Positions 45,104 to 56,493 of a stretch of 64,000 nt of DNA are shown here, in pieces. A program made the translations under genes and the position numbers. The stretch spans positions 2,373 through 66,372 of the forward strand of contig JACKPK010000010.1 in assembly GCA_024233595.1 (NCBI GenBank), written 5' to 3'. Position 1 is the stretch's first letter, and the number at the start of each line of letters is the position of its first letter. Origin of the DNA: Deltaproteobacteria bacterium (GTDB lineage: Bacteria; UBA10199; JADGCS01). The notes below the pieces were generated by a model. That model ran no database searches, was not told where the DNA came from, and worked only from the letters and a program-made list of their open reading frames with translations.

Positions 45104-47902
45104 ATGTCGAATAACGAAACCGAAAACACAGAAGACTCCGTCAAAGAAGAAGACCTTTTTGAAGACGCGAACGATCCTGTTACCGACTACAAAATGGAAA
45201 ATCTGGATGATCAAGGCGAAGACGAAATGAACGCCACCATGATGGCCATTGATCTCACCAGGGCTGATCTTGATGCTGCCACCAAGGTGAACATCAAGGT
45301 CGATGAGCCCACAGACGAAGAGATCATTCAGGAACAGCTCGAGCAAAAAAAGTTCTTTTTGTTTCGTTGGTATCGTCAGGCTAGAAAAAAAGCCGAGCGC
45401 GTTTTTTCGCAATTGAATTTTGGCAAACGACCCGCTTGGTTTTCAAAATTTGAAGGCTCTTGGTTGCCAAGCCCAGGACTTTCAAAAGTAGAAATGCTCA
45501 TGTTCTTTTTGTTGCGTGTGCTTGTGATTGCCTTGTCGGCTTATTTGCACAAGGTTCTTTACGCGCAGGCCAGTTTGATGCTCGGTGGTGATTTTGCCGG
45601 GAGCCAATCTGTTTATTTGGGGTTGCTGGGTGCAGAATCAATTTTGCTTTTGCTGGCGATTGTTTTGCGTTGGTCACCGTTTTTTCTTATGGCGTTGCCG
45701 GTTGCCATGGTGTTTTTGTTTTTTTCGTGGCTGAGCTTTTTTTATCATCCTGCAGATGGCGCCATTTATGCCTTAAACGGCGAGCCCATTAACACTTATT
45801 TAAATCAAATCATCTTTGCCTTTGTGGCTGGCTTTGGGGTTTTGGTTGTGTTGGGTGTGGTAAATCAATGGCGCGCGTTTTGCAGGTCTTGTTTTGTTGC
45901 TCGCCGTTTTTCCGCTTGTGCTTAATTTTAACCGGAAAATTTTTGCTTTCGAGTTTTTTGGCGGACCTTTACAGAAAGTTTGCCGTGGTATTTTACCAGC
46001 CGAGCACCGCGTTGTTTTTGGCTGTATCCCATCTTGTTTTTTGTTTTAGAAGGGCTTTTGCTTCTGGGTCAGGTCAGGGGTATTTTGATAAAGAGGATTT
46101 TATCGTGCAACTTTATTGCCCTTGTTTGCTTTTGGTGCTCTTTGGTTTTGTTTGCTGCAATCTGTTTATTTGAATCCTTTAACAGATCTTTTGAGGTGGC
46201 GCCAAAAGGCCTTGGCCAGTGGCGGTTGGAAAGATGGTGATCAAATTCTAGGGATTCAAACGCAAGATTTAAATGCCTCTTGGGGACAGGACCAAGGCTA
46301 CCGTGGCCAAATCAAAATCGCACAAAAAAAAGACGAAATCATTTTAATTAAAGTGGAAGACGCCTTTATTTTCCTGTTTCTGTAGTTACCAAAAGTGACT
46401 TTGCTGTGTTTTCGGACGAACAAGAATTAAAATTAAAAAGTTTAAAGAACAAATCGAAGGGATCGTATTCGATGCACTTGACCTTAGGTAAAAAGAAGCC
46501 TTGGTCAGCTGGGATGCCAAACGTCTGATTACAAGAACACAGATGATTTCAAAATCACCTTTGTCGCAGCCCGAACAAATCGGAACGTTTGTTAATCAAA
46601 GAAGGGCAGCGCGTCTTGATCAATGAAAAGCCGCAAAGCGATCAGGTTTTTATTCCTTTGGCGTACTTTTGCGCAGGGCGAAACAAATTGGGATGTGCTG
46701 GCCTATGGCAAAGACAACCAGGTTTTGTTTGAAGCTATCGCAAAATTAAACAATGAGGCCAAAGCAGGATTTCAAATCATCAGCCCAATGCCTGGTGACT
46801 CTGTTGGTAAGGTGTTTTCTGTTTTACACACAGCCGCAAGGTATTCCGGTGAATGATATCAAAAGCATTCGTTACTACCTTGAACGATGAACTCATTGAT
46901 GGAAACAGGCTTCTGATTCATCTTCATCAAATGAACTGCCTGAACAAACACCCAAAACTTTGAGCGATTAGCCTTGGGCTTTTCTTTGGCCACAGGAGAA
47001 ATCAAGAAAAACCATTTCGGTGCACAATGCCGTGCCTTCTGATTTTGAAAATCACATCTCCTGGCAGGGCGCTTTTGTGGGCAATAAGTGCCAAGATACA
47101 ATTAGGGTGCCACAAGGAAAAGACTTTTGCAGGTCTGCATGTTTCTTGTGAATGGCTATCGCATTCCCGCGAACTTGCTTCGAAAAACAACACCCTTTGA
47201 ATTGCCCGTGTCACGGTGGTCGCAGGCAGGTTGTTTTAGACCTTGCAGGACAGTTCTAGATGGAACAAAAGTTAAGCGATTGATCCGGTGAATCGTGGCT
47301 TAGGGGTGGGTTGATGGCAATCACAAGGCAGGCGCATTCTTCTTGTCCCAACCAGCAAAAACGATTTTTGTTTTGACGCGAGCTTAAGTCAAAAGAGGTG
47401 GGGCTGGCAGAGCAAGTGGCAGCATGCACGGGCTTTGTTTTCTGACACGCTGTTGAGTGCGGAGGAAAGAACAAAACCCGGGGTTTTGGTTTTTGGTCAG
47501 GATGCTTGGTACCAAGATGACTGGCGATCATGTGCAGAGACATCACGGGGTTCTGGCGTTTTGGAACGCACGCCGTGTGCTTGATTCTTTACAAAAAGCG
47601 GAACCGGCTGGGCGTTCTGCTTTAAAAGAGGCTCTTAAAAAAGCGCTGTCTTCAAAACCGAATCAGATTTTTGTTGTGGTTGATGGTGGCGACGGTTGTG
47701 ACCCAATGTGGTTAGAAGGTTTGGAATCTGATCTTAAAATCGCCGCAAACACAGGTCAAAATTTTTCATGGGGCTATAGCAGAAAGATGAAGTGAGCTTA
47801 AAGGCCTTGGCCAAATCAACAGACGGACCTACTTTTGCGGTTCGTGATCCTGAATCCTTGAATCAGCCTGTTTTGAAAGCGAACAGAGCTTTTGATTTAT
47901 GA
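45104..47902 (+). pseudogene. Membrane protein with C-terminal von Willebrand factor A domain; frame lost repeatedly after ~45868
   Basis: There is an intact 273-aa ORF (45104-45925) with TM helices. Continuation is recoverable only across many frames. VWA hallmarks appear near 47330-47880: 'FCFDASLS' (DxSxS MIDAS), 'IFVVVDGGDG' and 'LKALAKSTDGPTFAVRDPESL'. Confidence 0.6.
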
Positions 47903-50373
47903 AAAATAATATCCTAGAGTCGCCTTGACTTGAAGCACAGAAACTGAGCCTGATGCCAGCCGCTGCTAACGCAAAAAGTACCAACATCTCAAGGGGCTTA
48001 AAGAATTGGTTTGATGTCTTGTGGCAGCAACAAAACCTTGCAGCTTGATTATGATCAAAAGAGCTGAGTTTGTTAGCGCTGTTGACAGGCTTCTAAAATC
48101 GATTTTGCTCGTTTTCACTAAAGATTTTTACAGCATTGTTATGGGCCAAATTCCTCACAGAAACCCCACAAAGTCTAGAAACGCAAGCGACAACGCTTCC
48201 GGAAGATAACATTCCTCATGAACACCCAGAGAGGTTGCAGAGACTTGTCATCATGAATCTCATGATGCTGAATACAAAGAAAATTTTGGTGGCCGTGATG
48301 TGCAGTGGGCGATCCACGATCATTATTTTCCGGTGGATAGCTTGGCCAAGTCAAGGGCAGATCTTTGTCATTGCCGATCAACAAATGGGCATGCTCAATG
48401 GGGCGCGCACGTTTTTTCAAAGTAACACGGTCGATGGTATGGTGGATCCCGCTGTGCGACCAGTGGCCCTCGATTTATTTTCGTTCACGGTTTCGCAAGC
48501 CCACATCATGCAATTGGAAGAGAGTCTTGTTGGCAAGAACTACCCCTTGGTCATTGTGAACAACGGCGATTTGGCGGATCGTTCTTGTGCGCCCGAATAC
48601 GATTTGGCTTTGTTCTCGTCCGGTTTTTTTGCGGGTGGGTTTAAGCGCGACAACACGCATCGCATGCTTGGCATTGGTAATCATGATCTGACGCATTTGG
48701 GCAACTTTACAACTGAGCAAAATTTGCGGGGCTTTTTTGGCGAGATTTTAGGTTTGCCGGGAACAGAGCAAAGTTATCGTGAGCGTTACTGGGCACCCAA
48801 TTGTGGCAATGACGCTCAGGTGTTGGATAAAAAGCGCCTTATCGAATTCATGGCGCGTTTTTATCAGGTCGACTTGGACCAAGCGGTCACTAAAATTGCG
48901 GAGTCATCTGATGAGATGTTTCGTTTAAATGACGACACAGAGCCACGGTCCTGGCACGTTGAAGGCGATGAGCTTCCTAATTTTAAAGAAGTTTACCGGA
49001 CGTTTTGGAAAGACGCGCCTGATCAGATGCAAACAGCCATTGTGAGAAAAAGAGATCGCAGTGGTGATTCAATTCACGAGTGGTTTGCGATTATGGCAAA
49101 AAAATTAGAAGACGGCACGCATGTGATTTTGTTGGATTCTATGGATCACACGGAAACATCTCCTTTGGTGCCAGGATTATCACCGCGCTTTTCGGTTGCT
49201 GCGGCGCGCATTGTGCATGCTTACATTGCGTATCAAAATTCTATTTCTGATACGCCTCAGCATTATGTTTTGGTTTCGCACTTTCCGATGCAAGAGGTTT
49301 ACAACGGTTTATTGGGTAACAAACGTTTGTGGCGCCGAGGCATGGGGAAGGTTTTGGATTTGCCAGAAGTGGAGTGGGTGATTTCATCACATGATCACGT
49401 CGAAAGCAGTCGTGACCTGGCTGATCTTTTGCATCGTAAAAAATCACTTTTAAAACGAAGCAAGGCTTTGCCTGAAGACACAACGGGGAGTGTAACCGAC
49501 TTCCCGAACTCAACTTATAGTTTAAAATGGGAACAAGCAGAGGGCAGGCGTTTGTATCAAGCTGACTTTGTCCGATTAGAGAGCAAGTACACTGAATCGA
49601 GCCCTTTGGTTGACCGTTATGTCAAACGCCATCTTGGCGAATTGGCACGTTACCGCGAGCTTTGGCAGCATTTGCCGACAGCGGCCATGCAGCGTGCTGC
49701 GGGGCCTAATGGCACCCCTGGAAAAACTTGGGCTGCGCTTTCGGCCATTAACCGGCCTTCGGTTTTACAAAAAGAGATTTTAATTTTCGACACGCTCAAT
49801 CTGATGGAGTTTCAGTTTACGGAAGCCCTGACTTTATTGGATTCCTTGCTTTCGCTCATGGAGGAAGAAATCAAAACCTTAGAAGAGCAAGGTGATTTTG
49901 ATGCGTCTGAAAGTCTTTCGCCTTCTTTTATTATTTTGTCACAAGAATGGAATCATTTGAACGCTCGTTATGAACGCTGGCAAGGGCAAATGAATGAGCC
50001 TCGTGATTTTTTTGGTCGGTCTCTTTCGGTCAAAGAAGCCATTCAGGAGTACAACGACCTCTATTTACAAAATCAAAAGAGCAATCGCCCGAGCGAAGAG
50101 CAAAAGGCGTTGTTGAATCAAATTGAATCGTATTTATTCAAGCCAGGCACCATGGGAGTGGACAAACGCTTGCGGAAGGGATTGAATCTTTTGGAGTTGT
50201 TTGTGAGCCCCTGTGGGGAAACAGCTTATTGTTTTCAAACCATCCAGATGTTGCTTGCCGAAATCCCCAAGAATAGTGAGTCCTGGCGCTTCATGTTAAA
50301 AATCGCATTGGCTGCCGCCGAAGAAGACACCTGGAGAGTCCCACAGAGTCGAGTTGTGGGGGCGGGGGAATAG
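47899..50373 (+). CDS. Calcineurin-like metallophosphoesterase family protein with large C-terminal helical region; first ~460 bp frameshifted
   Basis: 'NNGDLADR' and 'GIGNHD' motifs lie in the long ORF 48136-50373. A likely original start is ATG 47899, which overlaps the upstream stop (ATGA). The frame is broken several times before ~48360. Confidence 0.6.
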
Positions 50374-50391
50374 GGACTAGAGGTTAGGGGT
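50371..50391. repeat. Heptamer repeat TAGGGAC-TAGAGGT-TAGGGGT beginning with the stop codon
   Basis: Same family as 37571-37598. It is preceded by the coding G-runs 'gtgggggcggggg'. Confidence 0.8.
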
Positions 50392-50471
50392 TCAATTTTA
50401 AAACCGACATAAATTCACCTCAATTGCTAAAGCTTCTCGCTCTCTTTTGAACAGTATTATATAGATGCTCC

Positions 50472-51194
50472 ATGATCTACTTTATTTTGTTCCTGCTCAG
50501 CACGGCCACTTCTATTCTTTCCGGCACCATTGGCATGGCTGGCGGCATTGTGCTCTTATCTCTTCTGACCTTTGTTTTGCCCTTTGAGCTTCTGATTCCC
50601 ATTCATGGCACAGCCCAATTGGTGAGCAATTTTTCACGTTTGCTGTTTTTGCGGAAGAACATCAATCTGATTGTTTTAAAGTGGTACATGGTGGGCTCTG
50701 TCTTTGGTTCTTTGTTATCTGTTTTGGTCATCAAGTCTGTCGAAAACAAAGAAGTGTTTCTGCTTTTGATCGCAGGGATTATTTTTTACACGCTTTTTAA
50801 ACCCAAAAAATTACCAAAGATTCAAATCCCTTTGTGGGCGTTTTCTTTTGTTGGTTTTGGGGCGGGGTTTTTAAGTTTATTGGTGGGCGCCACGGGACCT
50901 TTTATTGCGCCGTTCTTTTTACGAGACGAATTTTCCAAAGAAGAGATTGTTGCGACCAAGGCGGCCGTACAGTGCTTTACCCATTTTCTAAAATTACCGG
51001 CCTTTTTCTACCTTGGCTTTGCGTTTTCGGAGCACCTTGGTTTTATCATGGTGCTCAGTGCTGGGGCCATTGTTGGCACCAAGATTGGTGTGAGCATTTT
51101 AAAAGGTTTGCCCGAAAAGCAATTTCGCATCTTGTTTCGTCTGGCTCTTTTTGCAGCTGCCTGCCGTTTGGTTTACAAGGTGTTTTTGGGATAA
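50472..51194 (+). CDS. TauE/SafE (TSUP) family anion exporter
   Basis: 240 aa with ~7 TM segments and the internally duplicated pattern 'G.GGG....P.L' ('GMAGGIVLLSLL', 'VGATGPFIAPFF'). Confidence 0.75.
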   Translation: MIYFILFLLSTATSILSGTIGMAGGIVLLSLLTFVLPFELLIPIHGTAQLVSNFSRLLFLRKNINLIVLKWYMVGSVFGSLLSVLVIKSVENKEVFLLLIAGIIFYTLFKPKKLPKIQIPLWAFSFVGFGAGFLSLLVGATGPFIAPFFLRDEFSKEEIVATKAAVQCFTHFLKLPAFFYLGFAFSEHLGFIMVLSAGAIVGTKIGVSILKGLPEKQFRILFRLALFAAACRLVYKVFLG

Positions 51195-51206
51195 AAAGAT
51201 TTGATA

Positions 51207-52655
51207 TCAAAGTTCCGATTTCAGAAAAGTAAAGAGTTCAATGGGATCCATTTGAGTATAGCTCATCCAGGCTAAGTCGTAGGTGTTAATTTTAGCGCCA
51301 CCATTTAAAACTCTTTTAAACTCTGTCTTAAGCGTAGAAGGGGCTTTTAACGCTGCAGCAGCAGAATATGCGGCGACTAAATATGAGATAGAGTAGTAGG
51401 CTTTGCGAAAAAACTGAGGGATAACCACCCATAGGTTTTTTAAATATTCTTTATTGGAAAAATCTTTGCCCCAAAAAATCTCTAAATGTTTTAAAAAGTT
51501 ATCGTTAATATCTTTTGAAAGTGATTGTGGATTGTAAAGATCGTTTTCGAAACAGATAAAGAGGCTGTTCCAAAATATTTTCTGCCACCATCTCTGTATG
51601 ATAAAATCAGAATCAATACCAAGCTGCTTGTAACAGATTAATTCAGAAATATGAGAAATGGTTTCCGAAACAGTTGTTGATGCTTGTGTATTTAAAAAAG
51701 AATTATTTTTTGATGATTCTATAAAATGCAATGCGTGTCCGATTTCGTGAGCAAGATTTAAGTAAGAGCTCAAAGTTTCGTCATAGTGAACAGAAATCAC
51801 AGGCCTGATCTTTGTTCCTAAAAAGTAGCAAAATGCTCCTGGTCGTTTGCTACTTGAGGGGGCGGTATGAATTGATTTTTCATTGAATAAGCGTTCGATT
51901 TCAGATTGGTACATGGTATCTATTTGGCCAAATGCAGACAAAATATTTTCTTTAGCCTCATTTAATGAAATTTTTTTAGAGCTGCTCACAGGTGCAGCAA
52001 AAACATTTTCCGCACAATTTTCAGTTCTTGCATAATTGCTTATTAAATCTTTTGCCTGTGTTTTGATTGTGTCGATTAAATGACTGATGAATTCAGGAGG
52101 TATACTTTCTGTTTCTAAAATCAAATTGCTTAAGTTGTTGTTGGTGTTGCTCAAGCGTTCTTGCAGGATGGCTTTGTAAATGCTTTCAAACTCTTGACTC
52201 ACTTTGTTTAAACTCTTTGCTAAGCCTTGTAAGGCTATTTTTCGCAATTTTTGATCAGGTAATCTGTAAACCATGTTAAAACGAGAAATTGGAAAACTCT
52301 GGTTGAAGATTTTAAAGTTGGTGGCGGCAAAAAGATTTTCGTATTGTTTGATAAGAGAATGTTCTTTTTCTGAAAAAATAATTTTGTTTTTAATGAGGTA
52401 GTTAGTGCGAAAAGTTTTTATATCGATATTTGTTGTTTGTGAATTATTAATGAAGGATTGTAGATGTTTTGATCTTGCGAGCTGATTGTGTTTTCTGTCT
52501 TTGTTTTTAAGATCCAGCCACGCTTTTTTCTTTTGACTGTTTTTTATATCAAAAAGATATTTGATCTCTGCCTTTGATATATTGGTGTAAGCAGACTCGA
52601 AGCGATGATTGAGCTCTTGAAATTGAACGGCAGTCATGTCTTCGTTTAATTTCAT
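51207..52655 (-). CDS. M3-family (PepF-like) zinc oligoendopeptidase
   Basis: 482 aa from ATG 52655, which has an ATGA overlap with the MFS stop. HExxH reads 'LAHEIGHALH'. Confidence 0.75.
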   Translation of the reverse strand: MKLNEDMTAVQFQELNHRFESAYTNISKAEIKYLFDIKNSQKKKAWLDLKNKDRKHNQLARSKHLQSFINNSQTTNIDIKTFRTNYLIKNKIIFSEKEHSLIKQYENLFAATNFKIFNQSFPISRFNMVYRLPDQKLRKIALQGLAKSLNKVSQEFESIYKAILQERLSNTNNNLSNLILETESIPPEFISHLIDTIKTQAKDLISNYARTENCAENVFAAPVSSSKKISLNEAKENILSAFGQIDTMYQSEIERLFNEKSIHTAPSSSKRPGAFCYFLGTKIRPVISVHYDETLSSYLNLAHEIGHALHFIESSKNNSFLNTQASTTVSETISHISELICYKQLGIDSDFIIQRWWQKIFWNSLFICFENDLYNPQSLSKDINDNFLKHLEIFWGKDFSNKEYLKNLWVVIPQFFRKAYYSISYLVAAYSAAAALKAPSTLKTEFKRVLNGGAKINTYDLAWMSYTQMDPIELFTFLKSEL

Positions 52656-53863
52656 TTTGTTGCTCCAACAGGGATCAATTGCTTTGCTCTTGCAAAGAAA
52701 ATAACGAATCCAAAAAGAAAGATCCCTAGTCCAGGAATCCAGCAAAGACTTTGTGGGTTTTGTAATGATTGCGCCCAAGCCACCATCAAGCCGGCGATTG
52801 GCAATGTGCTCTGATTGATCAGAGTCATGATTGAAACTGTTTGCCCGAGTTTTTGTTTTGCAATGATTTCGCCTCTTTTGGTTCTAAAATACACGCCGAT
52901 AAACAATGTGCTTGCTATTGAAAGCGCAAAAAGCCCCGAGAAACCAATGAATGTTTTAGTGAACGAGATAGAGAATGAGGAAAGGGCTAAAACAAAATAG
53001 GCAAAACGGCTCACATTGAGAAGGCTGAAACGACGAACAAGATAAGGATGAATTGATAAAGCAAAAGCTCCTGCTAATCCGGCGCTTAAGGTTATGATGC
53101 TAAAATATTGATCAGGCAGATTGAAGTTTCCGGTAACAACACCGGCAGCAGCTGCTTCAACGATTCCCGCAAGTAGGTTGTTGCACATTGCCATTAGACA
53201 AAATACCAAAAGAACAGGTTTTGATTTGAGTTCTTTTAAGGCATTTTTAAAACTCAGCGAAAATTTTATGTGCTCAGCGTGGTTTTGTTGCTCAGATTGT
53301 TTTTTTAAGATTTGTCGAATTAAGAAAAAATTGAATAAGTAAAAAATGGCTGAAAGACCCAGCATATTATGTAGTGATAAGAAGTAAGTTAAGACAATGG
53401 CAAACAGGGGACCAATGATCATAGAGAATTGATCAATTCTTAAGAATTTTGATTGTCTGTTTGCTAGTTCTTCTCCAGAAAAGCGATGAGATATGAGTGT
53501 TTCGATTGCAAGAATTGTTTGTCCATTGCCAAGTGATGTGATGGATCCGTACAATCCCAGAAATAAAGCAGAGGGAACATGTCCCGAAAGATAGACTAAA
53601 AAGACAATGATGGAGGCCAAGGCTTTTGTTAAGTCTGCTAGTAAAATGGCAAAGCGACTACCAAAGCGATCGATCAAATGGCCAGTGAAAGGAAGAGTCA
53701 AAACGCGGGGAAGCCATTCTATAAAATAAGCTAACCCCGCGTCTTTGAAACTACCAGAAATTTTAAATACCAAAAGCGGAATGGCAAACATCAAAAGTTG
53801 GTCACCAATTAGCACACTAAATAATCCCAAATTCAGCATCGAAAATTTCTTTTGTTCAATCAT
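52652..53863 (-). CDS. MFS transporter
   Basis: 403 aa with ~12 TM segments and the MFS loop motif 'GHLIDRFGSR'. Confidence 0.8.
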   Translation of the reverse strand: MIEQKKFSMLNLGLFSVLIGDQLLMFAIPLLVFKISGSFKDAGLAYFIEWLPRVLTLPFTGHLIDRFGSRFAILLADLTKALASIIVFLVYLSGHVPSALFLGLYGSITSLGNGQTILAIETLISHRFSGEELANRQSKFLRIDQFSMIIGPLFAIVLTYFLSLHNMLGLSAIFYLFNFFLIRQILKKQSEQQNHAEHIKFSLSFKNALKELKSKPVLLVFCLMAMCNNLLAGIVEAAAAGVVTGNFNLPDQYFSIITLSAGLAGAFALSIHPYLVRRFSLLNVSRFAYFVLALSSFSISFTKTFIGFSGLFALSIASTLFIGVYFRTKRGEIIAKQKLGQTVSIMTLINQSTLPIAGLMVAWAQSLQNPQSLCWIPGLGIFLFGFVIFFARAKQLIPVGATK

Positions 53864-53877
53864 GACATTCCCTCGTG

Positions 53878-55214
53878 TTAAACGATTTCTTCTACTTCAG
53901 ACATTTGATTTTCAGCTCTTCTGCGCAAAACAATCCGGAATTCTGTTTTTGTTTTTGGGTCAATGAAAGTCTGTGACCGAGGAGCAGAGTAATCAGATTT
54001 TTTCATCATAAGAGCTTTTTGCTCAGTTGCTGATTTAATGTAGTAGTCGTCTATTGTAGGTATGGTGTTAATTTTATAAACAGGGTAATTCATGCAATCG
54101 ATTGGCCAGTCGATGACATCATGACCTGGTCTATAATTTTGCCGATCATCCATAAAATGAAAAGGTCGGTTGAGTGTGTAAACACCTTCCATCCCTCTTA
54201 AGGCATGCGCGACTCCTTGAGGAATGACAAGTTCTTTAAAACTTGAAACTTCCAGAACGAGTTCTTCTTTTTTATGAAGGGTTTTTGATCCTTCTCGGCA
54301 ATCAACTAAGGTTAAGTGAATTTTTTTACCCGGTCGACCCAAGAAGGTTAGTCTGTCTTCTTGGCCCAAGTGAATGCCGTAGGAGTCATGGTTATAACTT
54401 TGGTGGCCATGCTCAACTACGTAAAACGGTGATTTACGGATTAAAGGCAAAACTGCGCTATCAGGTCCTGTTGCCACCTTAAGATGATCTTGCCAAAACA
54501 CCCCTTCAATGGATCCTAGCTTTTCTATTTTTTTAGCTTCGTTTGAAACAGGATCAACTTTTTTTCTCATCAACAGTGAATGGGTTTTGTTATTAGCATC
54601 CGTAAAATTGAATTGCTCCGGAAAACCCGCTGTTATGTTTGGCAATATCTTTTCTTGGAAGGCTGCTAATCTAGAGTAAACAAGCTCAGAGGCCTGATGA
54701 GGGTTGGGTTCTACCACAGGGAGTTTTTTTGATCCAATGGGAACATTGATGATGTCGTTTTCTAGTTTCCAAAGCGAATTGGGATCAAAAATTTTGTCAG
54801 GCTCTGGAAGGTAGAGATTGAATTCATTGATGGTGTCGATGTTTTCTAAATTATAAAATGTGTGCGCAATACCAGCAGGAATCACAAGGGTCCTTCTTGA
54901 GCTTGGCGTGAATTCAATTTCTAGTTGTTCGTGAAGAGTTGGTGAGCCTTTGCGACAATCAATGAAAGAAGCTTTGATTTTTGAGTTATGTCTCCAAAAA
55001 GGTGAGCTGGTCTTCTGTCCTAAATGAATCCTGTAATGTCAAGATTCGAATTTTTTGTTCCGTGGTGAACAATATTTAGTTCGATTTGTTGGGAATGGCA
55101 CAACAAATGAATCAGGTTGCTCATTATTCATTCTCAACGTGATTTCCAGTGTAGTCCCGCGATAGAAAGTTCAGTCGTCTCCAAGTGCGGTTTCAGTTGA
55201 TTGGCACATTTCAT
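53878..55214 (-). pseudogene. Double RmlC-like cupin protein (sugar epimerase/isomerase-like); first cupin domain frameshifted
   Basis: The intact 335-aa ORF (53878-54885) contains 'IHLGQ....DCREGSKT....VIPQGVAHA'. Upstream, a second copy of the same pattern ('IHLGQKT...IDCRKGSPT...VIPAGIAHT') continues to ATG 55214 (AAGGAG RBS), but with at least 2 frame breaks. Confidence 0.6.
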
Positions 55215-55261
55215 TTTTATCTCCTTCTGCCCTCGGGCAAAACTAATTTAGTTGGTCTATT

Positions 55262-55293
55262 TGCAAAAAAGGGCGAGAGAAAAACTCTCGCCC
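55262..55293 (-). terminator. Rho-independent terminator downstream of the 95-aa gene
   Basis: Minus strand: gggcgagag-tttt-tctctcgccc followed by tttttt. Confidence 0.8.
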
Positions 55294-55299
55294 TCTATT

Positions 55300-55587
55300 T
55301 TAGCTTTGAGCTTCGCTTGTTCCCAAAACTTCAATTTCGTAACCCGCTGCGCGTGCTGACGAAATCAAAGATTCAAGATCTTTTGCGTTTAAAGCATCAA
55401 AACCTTCTAGGGCGCTTGCACACTTGATAGCTGCTAAAAAAGACAAGCTATCGTATTTGGCAGAATCGCCATGGCTTTCTGCGAGCAAAACGCTGGAAGC
55501 AATGGTTCTGTTTTCTAAAGAGGTTTCTTTGTTGCCGAAAGTTTGTGGTGACTCATAGAGGTCTGAGAGCATTTGATTGATATTCAT
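55300..55587 (-). CDS. Small acidic Ser/Ala-rich protein (95 aa), unknown function
   Basis: ATG 55587 is preceded by AAGGAG. The 149-aa extended ORF in the track has no RBS. No family recognised. Confidence 0.55.
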   Translation of the reverse strand: MNINQMLSDLYESPQTFGNKETSLENRTIASSVLLAESHGDSAKYDSLSFLAAIKCASALEGFDALNAKDLESLISSARAAGYEIEVLGTSEAQS

Positions 55588-55848
55588 GGTTTTCTCCTTT
55601 TGATTTTTGGTTGTGAGTTGAACACAGATTTTTTCTGTGTTTGAAATTTTAAGGAGCAACAAGAATGCCAGTTCTGTTTTTATAATTTTGTCTTTATGTC
55701 TTGAGTGTTTAGCTGGACTGTTGCCTAAAAAGCTAAAAAGTCTGTTCATAATTCTAGATTTTTGGACGTTGTGTTTTGGACAAAGCTGTCTTTTTTTTGA
55801 TATTTTTATGTTTTTTGTGGCAGAAGGCGTTGGACTCTGGAGAGATTT

Positions 55849-56409
55849 ATGGCAGATTTATACGTAGCGTTGGTTCATCATCCCATCCTTAATAAAGGAG
55901 GGCAGGTGGTCACCACATCAGTGACCAATTTCGATCTTCACGATTTGGCTCGTAATTGCCGTACTTTTGATGTGAAGAAGCTTTTTATTGTGACCCCCTC
56001 GGAGCCGCAGCTTGCCATGGTCGATTACATCAAAGAATACTGGCATGATGGCTGGGGAGCCTCTTATAACCCGGACCGCAAGCAAGCTTTTGATATCCTT
56101 CAGGGTGCTCCCAGCGTTGAAAACACCACATTGACAATCAAAGAACTCAGTGGTACAAGCCCCGTTCTTGTCGCGACCACAGCTAAAAAGCACGAAAAAT
56201 CAGTGGCTTACACTGGTGTTCGTGAGCTGTTAAAAGGGCAAAAACCAGTTCTGCTCATTTTTGGGACAGGGCATGGTCTGACGGAAGAGTTTTTAAATTC
56301 CACAGACCAAATATTAGACCCCATTTATGGTGCAAGTGATTACAATCACCTGCCTGTAAGGAGTGCGGTGGCCATCATTTTAGATCGCCTGCGTTCTCAA
56401 TGGGATTAA
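55849..56409 (+). CDS. SPOUT-type RNA methyltransferase family protein (Methyltrn_RNA_4-like)
   Basis: 186 aa. 'YVALVHHPILNK.G.VVTTSVTNFDLHDLAR' and 'YNHLPVRSAVAIILDRL' fit that family as I remember it. Confidence 0.55.
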   Translation: MADLYVALVHHPILNKGGQVVTTSVTNFDLHDLARNCRTFDVKKLFIVTPSEPQLAMVDYIKEYWHDGWGASYNPDRKQAFDILQGAPSVENTTLTIKELSGTSPVLVATTAKKHEKSVAYTGVRELLKGQKPVLLIFGTGHGLTEEFLNSTDQILDPIYGASDYNHLPVRSAVAIILDRLRSQWD

Positions 56410-56493
56410 AGATTTTAAGAATCATTTTTTTAAGGCAGAGAAGACTTTTGTGAAGATAGGCTTCACGATTCTTTTGCTTCCTGGGCCGTTGTT

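Noticed and set aside
55588-55749. 149-aa version of the small protein (start at 55749)
   Set aside because: The internal ATG at 55587 has a perfect AAGGAG RBS, while the upstream extension has none. The extension also runs through a perfect hairpin (aacacaga-tttttt-tctgtgtt, 55620-55641) in the promoter region.
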